NCBI GenBank assembly: GCA_031265365.1
Contig: JAISCS010000109.1
Location: 1-48,547 of the forward strand
Direction of reading: 5' to 3'
DNA: 48,547 bases
Origin: Verrucomicrobiales bacterium
GTDB lineage: Bacteria > Verrucomicrobiota > Verrucomicrobiia > Methylacidiphilales > JAAUTS01
Shown here: one piece after another, positions 32,917 to 44,447 of the stretch
Layout of the letters: the number at the start of each line of letters is the position of its first letter
Numbering within the stretch: position 1 is the stretch's first letter
Position numbers and translations under genes: made by a program
Notes under the pieces: model-generated
The model's database searches: none
What the model was told of the DNA's origin: nothing
Seen by the model: only the letters and a program-made list of their open reading frames with translations

Positions 32917-33034
32917 AACGAATATTACAAAAAAAACTTCGCGTCTTAGCGTCTTCGTGACCGGATATTTTTAATAAAATCAATATTGCCAAACGCCAAA
33001 AATCCGGCAACATCAACCCTCGCCCGTGCGAAAG

Positions 33035-33109
33035 GGCGGAGTAGCCAAGTGGTAAGGCAGGGCTCTGCAAAAGCCCCATTCACCGGTTCGATTCCGGTCT
33101 CCGCCTCCA
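33035..33109 (+). tRNA. tRNA-Cys (anticodon GCA), CCA encoded
   Basis: GGCGGAG-TA-GCC..GGC-A-GGGCT-CTGCAAA-AGCCC-CATTC-ACCGG-TTCGATT-CCGGT-CTCCGCC-T-CCA. All stems pair perfectly. Confidence 0.95.
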
Positions 33110-33121
33110 ATTTTCTTTTTT

Positions 33122-34552
33122 ATGAGCGACCATGATTTTAGTCTCGACTTGGAAAAGCTGTTCCAGCCCGCTTGGGCGCAAGGCTCCATTGAACAGGATT
33201 TGCTGAAAAAATTCGCCGGGCGCGATGACCGCCCCGAACGCCCGCCCCGCGACGGCGAGCGTCACGGCCAGCGGCCGCGCGGCGCCGACCGTGAACGTCA
33301 CGGCGACCGGCGCGGCGGGCGCGGCCCGCAGGGCGACCGCCGGCGCGACGGCGGCAGAGGCCGCGACCGTGACCGCGCCCAGCGTCACGGTCAGCGCCCC
33401 GAACCCCGCGAGGAACCCGCGCCGCTGCCCGATGTCGCCGTCGAGTTGCAACCCGCCGCGCCGAGCGTCGAGCACATCGCCCGCCAAATCATCCAGACCA
33501 GCCGCGCCTACCCGCTCTTCAACATCGCCCAGTTGATGCTCGACCAGCCCGGTGGTTACACGGTGCGCCTCACCGCGAAAAAGAGCCACCAATCGCTCTT
33601 CCTCTGCGCGCTGGACGACACCCCGTGGGCCAGGGAAAACGAGGCTGTGCTGCACGTCCTGCGTAATCATCTGGCGACCTTTTACCAAGTCGAGCGCGTG
33701 CCCGTCGAGCCGCCAAAGGGCGTGTACACCTTCGTCGCGCAACTCGGCGACGTGCTGCTCGGCCCGCCCAATTACCACGACTATCAAACCAAACTCCACG
33801 CCTTGCACGCCGAGCGCAGCCCGCAAACGCCGTTCGAGTTGTTCAAATCCCGCGTGAAAATCACCAAGGACGAGGCGCTGCTCAACCAATGGCGCGAGGA
33901 GCAAAGTTTTAAGACCGAATACGTCTGCCTGAACGTGCCTGAGCCGCTGCGCCTCACCACGTTCGACGAGGTGAACCGCCACTTCCGCGAGACGCACAAG
34001 GAACACATCATCAAGCGCGCGGACACCGTGACCGTCAGCGGCCCTGCCAGCCGCCGCCTGCCGTGCCCCGGCCTGCAACGCCTCATCCGCCGCGATTGGG
34101 AACAACTGCGCCGCCACCCGCTGCCCTTCGCCACCAAACTCAGCCAGCAACTGGCCAAGCACAACCTGCAATTCTTCAAGGCCGACAAAGTCATCACCCA
34201 CGTCAACGTCGCCCGCCCGAAGTACCTCGACCTCGCCGCCGCCCCCGTCTCCGACGGCATCCGCCGCGTTGTCGAATACCTTCGCGCCACCAAGAAAAGC
34301 AACCGCCGGAAACTCCTCGCCGCGTTGGCCGTGCCCGCGCCCGTCCCCGCCGTGGTGGACCCGCTCGCTGCTGTCGGCGAAGTCTCCGCCACCCTGGAAG
34401 CCCCCGCGCCGTCGCCGTCGGCCCCCCCGACTCCCGCCGAGCTTGAGCAAGCGCAACAAGTGATACTCGCCGATTTGCACTGGCTGGTCCACCAAGGCTA
34501 CGTCATCGAATACGCCACCGGCCGCCTCGAATCCGCCGGCAAACAACTTTGA
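33122..34552 (+). CDS. Hypothetical protein with an Arg/Asp/Gly-rich low-complexity N-terminal region
   Basis: 476 aa. Residues ~35-100 are RDDRPERPPRDGERHGQRPRGADRERHGDRRGGRGPQGDRRRDGGRGRDRDR. A globular-looking region follows (..SRAYPLFNIAQLMLDQPGGYTVRL.. to ..HWLVHQGYVIEYATGRLE). Codon usage matches the neighbours. No family recognised. Confidence 0.7.
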   Translation: MSDHDFSLDLEKLFQPAWAQGSIEQDLLKKFAGRDDRPERPPRDGERHGQRPRGADRERHGDRRGGRGPQGDRRRDGGRGRDRDRAQRHGQRPEPREEPAPLPDVAVELQPAAPSVEHIARQIIQTSRAYPLFNIAQLMLDQPGGYTVRLTAKKSHQSLFLCALDDTPWARENEAVLHVLRNHLATFYQVERVPVEPPKGVYTFVAQLGDVLLGPPNYHDYQTKLHALHAERSPQTPFELFKSRVKITKDEALLNQWREEQSFKTEYVCLNVPEPLRLTTFDEVNRHFRETHKEHIIKRADTVTVSGPASRRLPCPGLQRLIRRDWEQLRRHPLPFATKLSQQLAKHNLQFFKADKVITHVNVARPKYLDLAAAPVSDGIRRVVEYLRATKKSNRRKLLAALAVPAPVPAVVDPLAAVGEVSATLEAPAPSPSAPPTPAELEQAQQVILADLHWLVHQGYVIEYATGRLESAGKQL

Positions 34553-34582
34553 GAATTGCGGTGGTGTTGGTCAGCGCAGCAT

Positions 34583-34754
34583 AATTCCCCTTCCGTGAAG
34601 GGGTGGCGCGGAGCGACGGGGTAGTTCAGCGTTTGGTTTGGATAGTTTCCCTTAAACGCTGAACTACCCCGTCCGCTACGCGGCCACCCCTTCACGGAAG
34701 GGGAATTTGCTGACGCAGGGGGCCAAGGCGATGGAGGGGAGCGGCGTCAGCGCT
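34583..34754. repeat. Family-A element, core plus truncated M1, abutting the dhaL stop codon
   Basis: The core arms (34583-34707) are followed by gctgacgcagggggccaaggcgatggaggggagcggcgtcagcgct, which ends 1 nt before the dhaL stop codon (34755-34757). Confidence 0.85.
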
Positions 34755-35387
34755 TCATTTCGCGGCAACCCGCCACAGCGCGTCGAACAACAACGCGGTG
34801 GACTCGGCGCCGGGGTCGGGATGGCCGGCGCTGCGCTCGCCGAGATAACTGGCGCGGCCTTTCTTCGCCACCAACGGCACCGTCGCCTCCGCGCCGGCGC
34901 GGGCGGCTTGGCGGGCTTTATCCAAGGCCGCTGACAATGACCCGTCACCGGCGGCGGCTTGGTAGGCGCTGACGGCGGGGGTCAGGGCGTCAATCATGGT
35001 CTTGTCACCAACAGCGGCCTTGCCACGGGCAACGACACCTTTCAACCCCGCCTCCAACACCGCGCCGGTCTCCGTCACCGTCAGCGCGGTCTTGCCGCTG
35101 GCGCCGGCGGCGGCTTGCAGGAAGAATGTGCCGTACAACGGCCCGCTCGCGCCGCCGACGGTGGAGATGAGCGTCATGGCGGCGGTCTTGAAAATCGCGC
35201 CGATGTCCTGGTCTGTCAGCGGCGCGACTTTTTCCGCGACGGCGGCGAACCCGCGCGCCATGTTCACGCCGTGGTCAGCGTCGCCGATGGCGCGGTCGAG
35301 GTCGGTCAGGTAATCTTTTTTCTCGGTGTAGACTTGCGCTAGGGCTTTGAGCCAGTCAATGACCGCGGTGTTGGTTAGTTCGCGCAT
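34755..35387 (-). CDS. dhaL: Dihydroxyacetone kinase, ADP-binding subunit DhaL
   Basis: ..YLTDLDRAIGDADHGVNMARGF.. and ..GGASGPLYGTFF.. are canonical DhaL motifs. 210 aa. Confidence 0.9.
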   Translation of the reverse strand: MRELTNTAVIDWLKALAQVYTEKKDYLTDLDRAIGDADHGVNMARGFAAVAEKVAPLTDQDIGAIFKTAAMTLISTVGGASGPLYGTFFLQAAAGASGKTALTVTETGAVLEAGLKGVVARGKAAVGDKTMIDALTPAVSAYQAAAGDGSLSAALDKARQAARAGAEATVPLVAKKGRASYLGERSAGHPDPGAESTALLFDALWRVAAK

Positions 35388-35417
35388 GGTGCTCCGATAA
35401 GTTATCCGCGGCTTAAA

Positions 35418-36419
35418 TTAACACCCCCACCGCAACGCCGGCGTCTTCACCGGCGCGTCCCAGTATTTTTTCAGCGTGTCGTCCAGCTTCAGCAGCGTGA
35501 TGGACGCGCCCGCCATTTCGAGGCTGGTCATGTAGGAGCCGACCAGGTTGCGCGTGACCTTCAAGCCCGCCTGCCCGGCGAGTGCCAGCGCCTTGCGGTA
35601 GAGCACGTACAACTCCAGCGGCGGCGTGCCGCCCATGCCGTTGACGAACAGCAACACCTCGTCGCCCGCCTTGAACGGCAGGTCGCTGATGATGGGTTCC
35701 ATCATGCGTCCGGCGATTTGGTCGGCGGGTTCGAGTTTCAGCCGCGTGCGGCCCGGCTCGCCGTGGATGCCGATGCCCAGTTCGTACTCGTCATCCGGCA
35801 AGTCAAATGTCGGCTTGCCGGCGTGCGGCACCGTGCACGAGGTCAGCGCGATGCCCATGCTGCGGGCGCTGGCGTTGACCTTGCGGCACAGGTTGGCGAC
35901 TTCCTTCAATTTCAGACCGTCAGCGGCGGCGGCGCCGGTGATTTTTTCCGCCAGCACCGTGGCGCCCACGCCGCGCCGTCCGGCGGTGTACAGGCTGTCC
36001 TTCACCGCCACGTCGTCGTCAATCAGCGCGCTCTCCACCGCGACCCCGTCGGCGCGCAGCAAGTCCGCCGCCATCTCGAAGTTCAGCACGTCGCCCGTGT
36101 AATTCTTGACGATGAGCAGCACGCCCGCGCCGCCGTTCACGGCCTTGGCCGCCTCGTACATCTGGTCGGGCGTCGGGCTGGTGAACACCGCGCCCGGACA
36201 GGCCGCGTCGAGCATTCCCGCGCCGACATAGCCGCCGTGCATGGGTTCGTGCCCGCTGCCGCCGCCGCTGACGATGGCGACTTTGCCCCGCACGGGCGCG
36301 TCCGCGCGGGCGAGGTAATTCGGGTTAAAATGCGCTTTCACCAAGTCGGCGTGCGCCGCGACAAACCCCTCGGTTGATTCGACCACTAGTTTTTCGGGAG
36401 AATTGATTAGCTTTTTCAT
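35418..36419 (-). CDS. dhaK: Dihydroxyacetone kinase, DHA-binding subunit DhaK
   Basis: [48 protein letters not shown].. is canonical DhaK. 333 aa. Confidence 0.9.
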   Translation of the reverse strand: MKKLINSPEKLVVESTEGFVAAHADLVKAHFNPNYLARADAPVRGKVAIVSGGGSGHEPMHGGYVGAGMLDAACPGAVFTSPTPDQMYEAAKAVNGGAGVLLIVKNYTGDVLNFEMAADLLRADGVAVESALIDDDVAVKDSLYTAGRRGVGATVLAEKITGAAAADGLKLKEVANLCRKVNASARSMGIALTSCTVPHAGKPTFDLPDDEYELGIGIHGEPGRTRLKLEPADQIAGRMMEPIISDLPFKAGDEVLLFVNGMGGTPPLELYVLYRKALALAGQAGLKVTRNLVGSYMTSLEMAGASITLLKLDDTLKKYWDAPVKTPALRWGC

Positions 36420-36496
36420 AATGACTCCTTGCCGGTTTGCGGCAATCCGCTGACGGTGGACGGGCTTTTCCCGCCCACCGTTAGCGTCGGTTTAAT

Positions 36497-37231
36497 TTAC
36501 AACGCCATGCGATAAATCAACACCGCCAGTATCGCGCCGATGAACGGACCGATGACCGGCACCCACGAGTAGCCCCAGTCGGAGCCGCCTTTGCCGGGAA
36601 TCGGCAACACCGCATGGGCGATGCGCGGCCCAAGGTCGCGCGCGGGGTTGATGGCGTAGCCGGTCGGACCGCCGAGGGAGAGACCGATGCTCCACACCAG
36701 CGCGCCGACCAAATACGGGGCGAGGCCGCCGGCGATGGTGGCGCCGGTTTCCGTGCCGATGCCGAAGATGCAACATACGCCGAGCACCAGCACGATGGTG
36801 CCGATGATTTCGGTCAACAGGTTGCAGCCCGGGCAGCGAACGGCGGGGCCGGTGCTGAAGACGCCGAGTTGCGTGGCCGGGTTTTCGGTGATTTTCCAGT
36901 GCGGCAGATACGCCAGCCACACCACCACCGCGCCGATGAACGCGCCGATGAGTTGCGCGGTAATCATGGGCGCGACGAATTGGTAGTCACCCGCAAGGAA
37001 CGCCTTGCCCAGCGTCACCGCCGGATTGATGTCCCCCTGTGAACTGCCGAATGCGCCGGCGACAAACACGCCGACCATGACCGCGAACGCCCAGCCTGTC
37101 GCGACGACACCCCAGCCGGCATTTTCCGATTTCGAGTTTTTCAACGCCACGCCCGCCACCACGCCGTCGCCCAACACTATCAGCGTCGCCGTGCCCATTA
37201 ACTCACCGATGAACGAATATCCACTTAACAT
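36497..37231 (-). CDS. glpF: Aquaglyceroporin (MIP family glycerol facilitator)
   Basis: Two NPA boxes in the expected context (DINPAVTLG and INPARDLGPR). Six TM segments. Confidence 0.9.
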   Translation of the reverse strand: MLSGYSFIGELMGTATLIVLGDGVVAGVALKNSKSENAGWGVVATGWAFAVMVGVFVAGAFGSSQGDINPAVTLGKAFLAGDYQFVAPMITAQLIGAFIGAVVVWLAYLPHWKITENPATQLGVFSTGPAVRCPGCNLLTEIIGTIVLVLGVCCIFGIGTETGATIAGGLAPYLVGALVWSIGLSLGGPTGYAINPARDLGPRIAHAVLPIPGKGGSDWGYSWVPVIGPFIGAILAVLIYRMAL

Positions 37232-37264
37232 ACGATTCCTTTCTTTTGATTTTGGTTTAACTGC

Positions 37265-38617
37265 TTAAAACCGCACCATCGTCCGCAAGCCGACAATCAG
37301 GATGTTGTCGCGACTGTCGGGTTGCACCCCGTAACCGACGGGGTTGACGATGTATTGCACGTCCGGCTGAATTGAGAGCCACGGCGCGGGATTGTACTGG
37401 TAGGACAATTCCAACGCGACTTGCGTGCCGGCGGTGCCGCCGCCGTTTCGTTTGCTGAACGAGCTGGCGGCGCTGCTGGCGTCGGCGACGATGACGCCGA
37501 GGCCGGCCTTGTCCTGCGGACGGCAGGCGAATGGGCCGTTGTACACCGCGCCAATCAAGCCCTCGAAGCGAATCGGGTTGCGGTCTTCCGGCGCGCCCAT
37601 GATTTGCACTAACAAGTCGAGGCCACGGTCAGCGTCCATCTTGCCGGTCTTGGGACAGACGGGGTGCCACACGGTTTTCTGCGCGGTGAGGTAGGCCACG
37701 AGGTCGCCCCTCTTGGCCTCGCCGGTCAACAGGTCGTTGTAACGGTTCATGTCGTTGAAGCTGGCGCCGATTTTGTAGACGCCGGCGTAGTCACCATTCT
37801 GGTTATAACCGACTTCAAAAGTTCCCGCCACGCCGTTATCGAAATCCTGCCCCCAATTCAAGCCGCTGGTGTCGGGCTTGTACGGGTCGGAACCGCGCCC
37901 CGTGAACGCGCCGACCTTGAGGTAAATGCCGTCGTCGACACCGGACGGGTCAATCGTCAGCACCACGCCGGGCTTGCCCGACGGGCTGAACGGTTGCAGC
38001 GGGTAGAAGTTGATGTTCGGACTGTAGCCGGTTTCATCGTTCATCAGGAACAACCCGGTCTGGCCGAAGTCATTGACCGCGGCGATTTGGCCGACCTTGA
38101 TACGCAGCTTGTGGTTGAACAACCCCTGCTCATACCAAGCCTCGTCGAGCCGGAAGCTGTTGTAGCCGGCGATGCTGCTTGGACTGGTGAAGGTGTTGAT
38201 TTCCGCGCCGAGGTTTTTGCCGAACTGCCACATGCCGGTCACGAAAAACTTGCCGTCAATGTCAGCGAGTTTTTCCAAGTCCACCGTCACCGAGCCGCGG
38301 ATGCGTCCGAAGTTCGTGAGGTGGTGCGTTTGGTTGCCGGTGAGGTCGGTTTGCAGGTCGTCAATGATGTTGAAGTCGAAGGTCACACCCTTGTCCTCCA
38401 ACTTCGTGCGCGCGCCGCCCCAGTCGCCGAACAAGTACGGTTGCGCCCAAATGCCCGTCGCCTTGTCGCACTTTTGTACACATTTCACCGTGTCCACTTC
38501 CTTGGCTTCCACCGGCGCGCCAACGCCCGCCATTACCCGCGCCGCGCCGGTCATTATCAGCGCCGCGCCCGTCAGCACGCCGACAGTGGCGCGCCATTTT
38601 ATCATGCTTCTTTTCAT
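37265..38617 (-). CDS. oprB: Carbohydrate-selective porin, OprB family
   Basis: Signal peptide MKRSMIKWRATVGVLTGAALIMTGAARVMA, ..LFGDWGGARTKLEDKGVTFDF.., and a beta-barrel-like alternating pattern ending in ..GLRTMVRF. Start at ATG 38617. Confidence 0.8.
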   Translation of the reverse strand: MKRSMIKWRATVGVLTGAALIMTGAARVMAGVGAPVEAKEVDTVKCVQKCDKATGIWAQPYLFGDWGGARTKLEDKGVTFDFNIIDDLQTDLTGNQTHHLTNFGRIRGSVTVDLEKLADIDGKFFVTGMWQFGKNLGAEINTFTSPSSIAGYNSFRLDEAWYEQGLFNHKLRIKVGQIAAVNDFGQTGLFLMNDETGYSPNINFYPLQPFSPSGKPGVVLTIDPSGVDDGIYLKVGAFTGRGSDPYKPDTSGLNWGQDFDNGVAGTFEVGYNQNGDYAGVYKIGASFNDMNRYNDLLTGEAKRGDLVAYLTAQKTVWHPVCPKTGKMDADRGLDLLVQIMGAPEDRNPIRFEGLIGAVYNGPFACRPQDKAGLGVIVADASSAASSFSKRNGGGTAGTQVALELSYQYNPAPWLSIQPDVQYIVNPVGYGVQPDSRDNILIVGLRTMVRF

Positions 38618-38654
38618 CTTGTTTTCCTCCGTTTTGGTTTTCACTAACAACAAA

Positions 38655-40211
38655 TTATGGTAGATACCCCTTTGCCAGTTCGACAAATTCCGCCGTCTGT
38701 TTTTGCGCCCAGGCGTCGTCCTTGCCCAGTTCCCCCGCCAGCAGCGCCGCGATTTTCGGCGCGACCTCGATGGCGGCGCGGGCGTCCAGCAACAGCGCGC
38801 GCGTGCGCCGCGCCAGCGCGTCGTCTAGCGTCCGCGTTTGCTCGGCGCGCGCCGACCAGACAATCTCGGCGTAAGTGTACGGCAGGTTCGGATGAATCTT
38901 TTCCGCCAGTTGACCGTCAGCGGCGGCGATTTTTTTAATCTCCGCCCAGTCGGTGCCGTACACGGTTTCGGGAATATCTTTCGTCACGCTGACGTTGAGA
39001 TAACCGTGCAGGGGCAGGTGTTTGGTCGGGCATGGTTTCGCCTTCAGCCCGCCGACCGTCAGCGCGCGGTCCACCGTTTGCTCCGCCATGCGCCGATACG
39101 TCGTCCACTTGCCGCCGGCGACGGTGACCAACCCCGCGTCGCTGACGATGATGCGGTGGTTCCGCGAAAGTTTTTTCGTCTGCTCCCCGTCACCGGCGGC
39201 GACCAGCGGGCGCAGACCGGCGAAAATTGCCAGCACATCCTTGCGCTCCAGTGGCTTGGTCAAATACTTGTTGGCGTGATGAACCAGAAACTCGATTTCC
39301 TCCTCCAACGGCCTCGGTTCAAGCTCGGCCTCGGGGCGCGGAATATCCGTCGTGCCGATGACCAGCCGGTCATGCCACGGAATCCCGAACAACACGCGCC
39401 CGTCCTCGGTCTTCGGAATCATGAACGCCGTCGTGCCCGGCAAATACGACCGGTCCACGACAATATGCACGCCCTGGCTGACGCTGAGCAAATGCGGCGC
39501 GTCCGGCTCGTCCATGTGGCGGATGGTGTCGGTGAAAATCCCTGTGGCGTTCACCACCACGCGGGCGCTGACGGTGAACTGCTCGCCGGTTTCCTCGTCG
39601 CGCGCCACCGCGCCGCTGACGCGCCCGCCGGTCTTCGTCAGCGCCGTGACCGCCGTGTAATTGAGCGGCACGCCGCCGAGGTCGCTGACGGTCAGCGCCA
39701 GCGTCAGCGCCAGCCGCGCGTCGTCGAATTGCCCGTCCATGTACAACACGCCGCCGTTCACCTCCTTGCGGATGGTCGGCAAATATTCGAGCGCCTTCGC
39801 GCGGCTCAAAATCTCGGAGCGGCCGAGGCTGGTGAAGCCGGACAGCGCGTCGTACACTTTCAAGCCGATGCCGTAGAATGGCAGTTCCCACCACTTGAAC
39901 GTCGGCACGACGTACCGCAGCGGATGCACAAGATGCGGCGCGTTCTTAATCATCAGTCCGCGCTCATGCAGCGCCTCGTACACCAGCGGGATGTCGCCCT
40001 GCTGAAGATATCGCACCCCGCCATGCGCGATTTTCGTGCTGCGGCTGGAGGTCGCCTTGGCGAAGTCGTGCCGCTCCAGCAACAGCGTCTTCAGCCCGCG
40101 CGCGGCGGCGTCCACCGCCACGCCCAGTCCCGTCGCGCCGCCGCCCACCACGAGCACGTCCCACTGTTTTTCCGCCCGCAAGGTTTCCAGTAATTTGGTC
40201 CGGTTCATCAT
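38655..40211 (-). CDS. glpD: FAD-dependent glycerol-3-phosphate dehydrogenase
   Basis: DVLVVGGGATGLGVAVDAAARG..TSSRSTKIAHGGVRYL.. and length are typical of GlpD. The start is ATG 40211 or 40208 (AAGGA upstream), or possibly ATG 40238. Confidence 0.9.
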   Translation of the reverse strand: MMNRTKLLETLRAEKQWDVLVVGGGATGLGVAVDAAARGLKTLLLERHDFAKATSSRSTKIAHGGVRYLQQGDIPLVYEALHERGLMIKNAPHLVHPLRYVVPTFKWWELPFYGIGLKVYDALSGFTSLGRSEILSRAKALEYLPTIRKEVNGGVLYMDGQFDDARLALTLALTVSDLGGVPLNYTAVTALTKTGGRVSGAVARDEETGEQFTVSARVVVNATGIFTDTIRHMDEPDAPHLLSVSQGVHIVVDRSYLPGTTAFMIPKTEDGRVLFGIPWHDRLVIGTTDIPRPEAELEPRPLEEEIEFLVHHANKYLTKPLERKDVLAIFAGLRPLVAAGDGEQTKKLSRNHRIIVSDAGLVTVAGGKWTTYRRMAEQTVDRALTVGGLKAKPCPTKHLPLHGYLNVSVTKDIPETVYGTDWAEIKKIAAADGQLAEKIHPNLPYTYAEIVWSARAEQTRTLDDALARRTRALLLDARAAIEVAPKIAALLAGELGKDDAWAQKQTAEFVELAKGYLP

Positions 40212-40240
40212 ATTCCTTTGTTTCAAGTCGCTGACCATGA

Positions 40241-41722
<1,482 letters not shown>

Positions 41723-42001
41723 ATTATTCCTTATTTTGGTTGTTGATTGGATGATAAAAATGCCGGCGTTCCCCTGGAAGCCAGCAAAAAGCCAGTGCAA
41801 GCAACATGGTAACATGCTGTTGGGCCATCATTGACGCCTGTTTTGTTATCCCAGTCATAAGATTTTACTTGACTAACAAAACCACCTACTTCGGAAAGTA
41901 ATATGGCGCCATTTCACGATTAAGCAAATAAAAAAAATCATTTTTTGGATTTACTGTAACAGAATCCGCCGGTTACTGTATGGATGACAGGGAGCGTGAT
42001 T

Positions 42002-42481
42002 ATGAAAAATAAATATTTACCGCTGATGCTGGTGGCGATTGGCGTCCTGTTTTTTTCAATTCCCGATGGTCGGGCGGCGACCCATGTGCGCGTCGGCGTC
42101 GGTGTCGGCATTGGCGCGGGGTACGGGCACGGGTACCGGCATGGTTATTATCCCTACCGTTACCGCCCGCATTGGCACGGCGGTTATTATCCTTACTATG
42201 TGGCGGCCTATTGGGGGCCGGCGGTGGTTTATTCCACGCCGGTTTACGTGACTGCCCCCGCCACGCAAACCACGACCACCACGGTTACCACCACTACCAG
42301 CGCCAGTCCCGCCGCCGCCGCGCCGCTGACGCTCAAGGCGACGCCCCCGCCGTACGGTATTCCGCAGGATAATGGTCAAGTCCAATCGCCGTTCAGCAAC
42401 TTCATCATCAGCGACCTCGGCATGAAGCCCGGCACAGTGGTTTACGATGTGTACACCGGCCAGCCGTTCCGCATTCCCTGA
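42002..42481 (+). CDS. Secreted Gly/Tyr/His-rich hypothetical protein
   Basis: MKNKYLPLMLVAIGVLFFS signal, then GVGVGIGAGYGHGYRHGYYPYRYRPHWHGGYYPYY, a Thr-rich linker, and the C-terminal ..GQVQSPFSNFIISDLGMKPGTVVYDVYTGQPFRIP. ATG 42002 has GGAG 8 nt upstream; the alternative is ATG 41984. Confidence 0.65.
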   Translation: MKNKYLPLMLVAIGVLFFSIPDGRAATHVRVGVGVGIGAGYGHGYRHGYYPYRYRPHWHGGYYPYYVAAYWGPAVVYSTPVYVTAPATQTTTTTVTTTTSASPAAAAPLTLKATPPPYGIPQDNGQVQSPFSNFIISDLGMKPGTVVYDVYTGQPFRIP

Positions 42482-42574
42482 ATTTTCACCATCAGCGGCG
42501 GCGTTCAAGCGCTCCCCCCCTTTTTCATTAGTGGTTAAAATCTCCGCGTCCTCCGCGGCTCTGCGGTGAATTTT

Positions 42575-43339
42575 TCACGCGCCGGCGCAATCCGCGAAAG
42601 CCCGCGCCAGCGCTGTCCCCGCATCAAGCCGCGGGATGAACTCGTGGCCGAGGTAACCCGTGTAACCCGTCGCGGCAATCGCCCGGTAAATCGCGGGATA
42701 ATTTAACTCCTGGTTTTCATCCGGCTGCCCGCGCCCCGGATTGCCCGCCGTGTGATAGTGGGCGAAATGCCGGTGCCGGGTTTGAATCGTGCGGATGACA
42801 TCGCCCTCCATGACTTGCATGTGGTAGATGTCATACAACAACTTGACCGCCGGCGAGTTGACCTGCTCGCATAACGCCACGCCCCACGCGGTGCGGTCGG
42901 CTTGGTAATCGCGATGGTCCACCTTGCTGTTCAACAACTCCACCGCCAGCGTCACGCCGGCGTCAGCGGCGGCGGGCGCGACGCGGGCCAGCGTCTCCGC
43001 GCAACGCTCCATGCCGTCACCGTCAGCGAGGCCCGCGCGGTTGCCGGAGAAACAAATCAACACCGGAATGTTCCACCGCGCCGCCTGTTGAATATTGGCG
43101 CGCAGCTCCGCCTCGATGCGCGTCGCGTGCTCCCGCCGGTTCAGGCCGTTCTCGATAGACTGGTGCCCGTTGGCGCTGACGATGCCCAGCCCGTGCCGTC
43201 GCGCCAGCGGCCACAGTGCCTCGTCAATCAACTCCACCCCGGCGTAGCCAATGCGCGCCGCCGCCCGCAGCAATTCCTCCGGCGCGAGGCCGCGATTGAC
43301 GAAGCACCACCACGAGAACGATTGTCTGAGTGCGGCCAT
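42575..43339 (-). CDS. Sugar phosphate isomerase/epimerase (xylose-isomerase-like TIM barrel, hydroxypyruvate isomerase-like)
   Basis: ..GYAGVEL.., ..VLICFSGN.., ..LAVELLN.., ..[14 protein letters not shown].., ..HYHTAG.PGR..P are typical of Hyi/AP-endonuclease-2 TIM family members. Confidence 0.8.
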   Translation of the reverse strand: MAALRQSFSWWCFVNRGLAPEELLRAAARIGYAGVELIDEALWPLARRHGLGIVSANGHQSIENGLNRREHATRIEAELRANIQQAARWNIPVLICFSGNRAGLADGDGMERCAETLARVAPAAADAGVTLAVELLNSKVDHRDYQADRTAWGVALCEQVNSPAVKLLYDIYHMQVMEGDVIRTIQTRHRHFAHYHTAGNPGRGQPDENQELNYPAIYRAIAATGYTGYLGHEFIPRLDAGTALARAFADCAGA

Positions 43340-44341
43340 TTATTTGCTCCACTCAAAGATAATGCCCATCGTGCTCGCGCGGGCGCGGTTGGCGATGTCG
43401 TAGGCTTCCGCGCATTGCTCCGGCGTGAAACGGTGCGAGTTCAGGCCCGCCAACGAAATGCGCCCCGCCGCGACCAGTTGGAAGAAGAACCGGTTGATGG
43501 TGGTGTTGTTCCACTCCGCGCTGTCGTGGCAGTCGTGCGCGCCGGTGATGACCAGCCCGCGTCGCATCACCTCGTGCGTCAGCGTTTGTTTCGACGGCTC
43601 GCCCGTGTCGCCCAGCAGCACGATGCGCCCGAAATCCCGCGCCAGCCGTTGCGTCTCGACAAACACCTTGTGGTTGCCCGTGGAATCCACCACCACGCGC
43701 GGCAACTGCCCGTCGCCGGCGGCCAGCACCGCCGCACGCGCCTCGCCGATGTTGCCCGCGAGCACCGCCGTCGCGCCGCCTGCCGTGGCCAGCGCCAGCC
43801 GGCTTGGCATGGCGTCGGCGACGATGAGTTTTTGCACGCCGCACGCCGCCGCCCAGCGGGTTTCCATTTGCCCGATGGGGCCGGCGCCGATAATCAGCGC
43901 GTGGTCGCCCAGCCGGTACCCGGCGCTGCGCGCGCCGATAAACGTGATTTTCGCCAGCGCGAACCACACCGCCTGCTCGAAGGGAATCCCCGCCGGAATC
44001 GGGTAACACTCCGCCGCGTCCACCACCGCGTGCGAGCGGTGTCCGAGGCGGTATGCCACGCGGTCGCCCGCCTGCAGCGTCGTCACCTCCGCGCCCACCG
44101 CCGCGACGGTGCCGACGGCGGCGTAGCCGGGATAAAACGGATACTTCACCCAGTCGTCCCAGCCCGTGCCGGCCTCGAACCAGCGATTGAAGACGATGTT
44201 TTCCGTGCCGGTGCTCATCAGCGAGACGGCGGTCTTGACCAGTACCGACCGCGCGCCGAGCGGCTCCGGTTCGTAATTTTCCAGTTGTACTTGTTGCTTG
44301 CCCGTGAATACCAAACGTTTTGCTGTCATAGAGGTGACCAT
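43340..44341 (-). CDS. Medium-chain (zinc-type) alcohol/polyol dehydrogenase family protein
   Basis: ..GYAAVGTVAAVGAEVTTLQAGDRV.. and the Rossmann motif LIIGAGPIGQ. 333 aa. Immediately upstream of the isomerase. Confidence 0.8.
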   Translation of the reverse strand: MVTSMTAKRLVFTGKQQVQLENYEPEPLGARSVLVKTAVSLMSTGTENIVFNRWFEAGTGWDDWVKYPFYPGYAAVGTVAAVGAEVTTLQAGDRVAYRLGHRSHAVVDAAECYPIPAGIPFEQAVWFALAKITFIGARSAGYRLGDHALIIGAGPIGQMETRWAAACGVQKLIVADAMPSRLALATAGGATAVLAGNIGEARAAVLAAGDGQLPRVVVDSTGNHKVFVETQRLARDFGRIVLLGDTGEPSKQTLTHEVMRRGLVITGAHDCHDSAEWNNTTINRFFFQLVAAGRISLAGLNSHRFTPEQCAEAYDIANRARASTMGIIFEWSK

Positions 44342-44447
44342 GAAAGCCGTCCGTCAGCGTCCCGCCCATTCAAATAAACGGCTATATTTTATGATTTTTG
44401 GTTATTTCCCTTTCGCGGCGACGAGGTTTTCATTATAACTGTCCGCC

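Noticed and set aside
32755-32949. Apparent paralogous small proteins MKGWPRSGRGSS...NYPVAPRHPFTEGEL (32755-32949 + and 34498-34695 -)
   Set aside because: The similarity comes from translating family-A repeat DNA. The ORFs start and end inside the repeats and have no independent coding signal.
33080-34546. 488-aa minus-strand ORF opposite the 33122-34552 gene, running over tRNA-Cys
   Set aside because: It is an antisense shadow ORF with a Gly/Ala/Arg-rich product. Its 3' end overlaps the tRNA-Cys gene, and the plus-strand frame has the better codon pattern.
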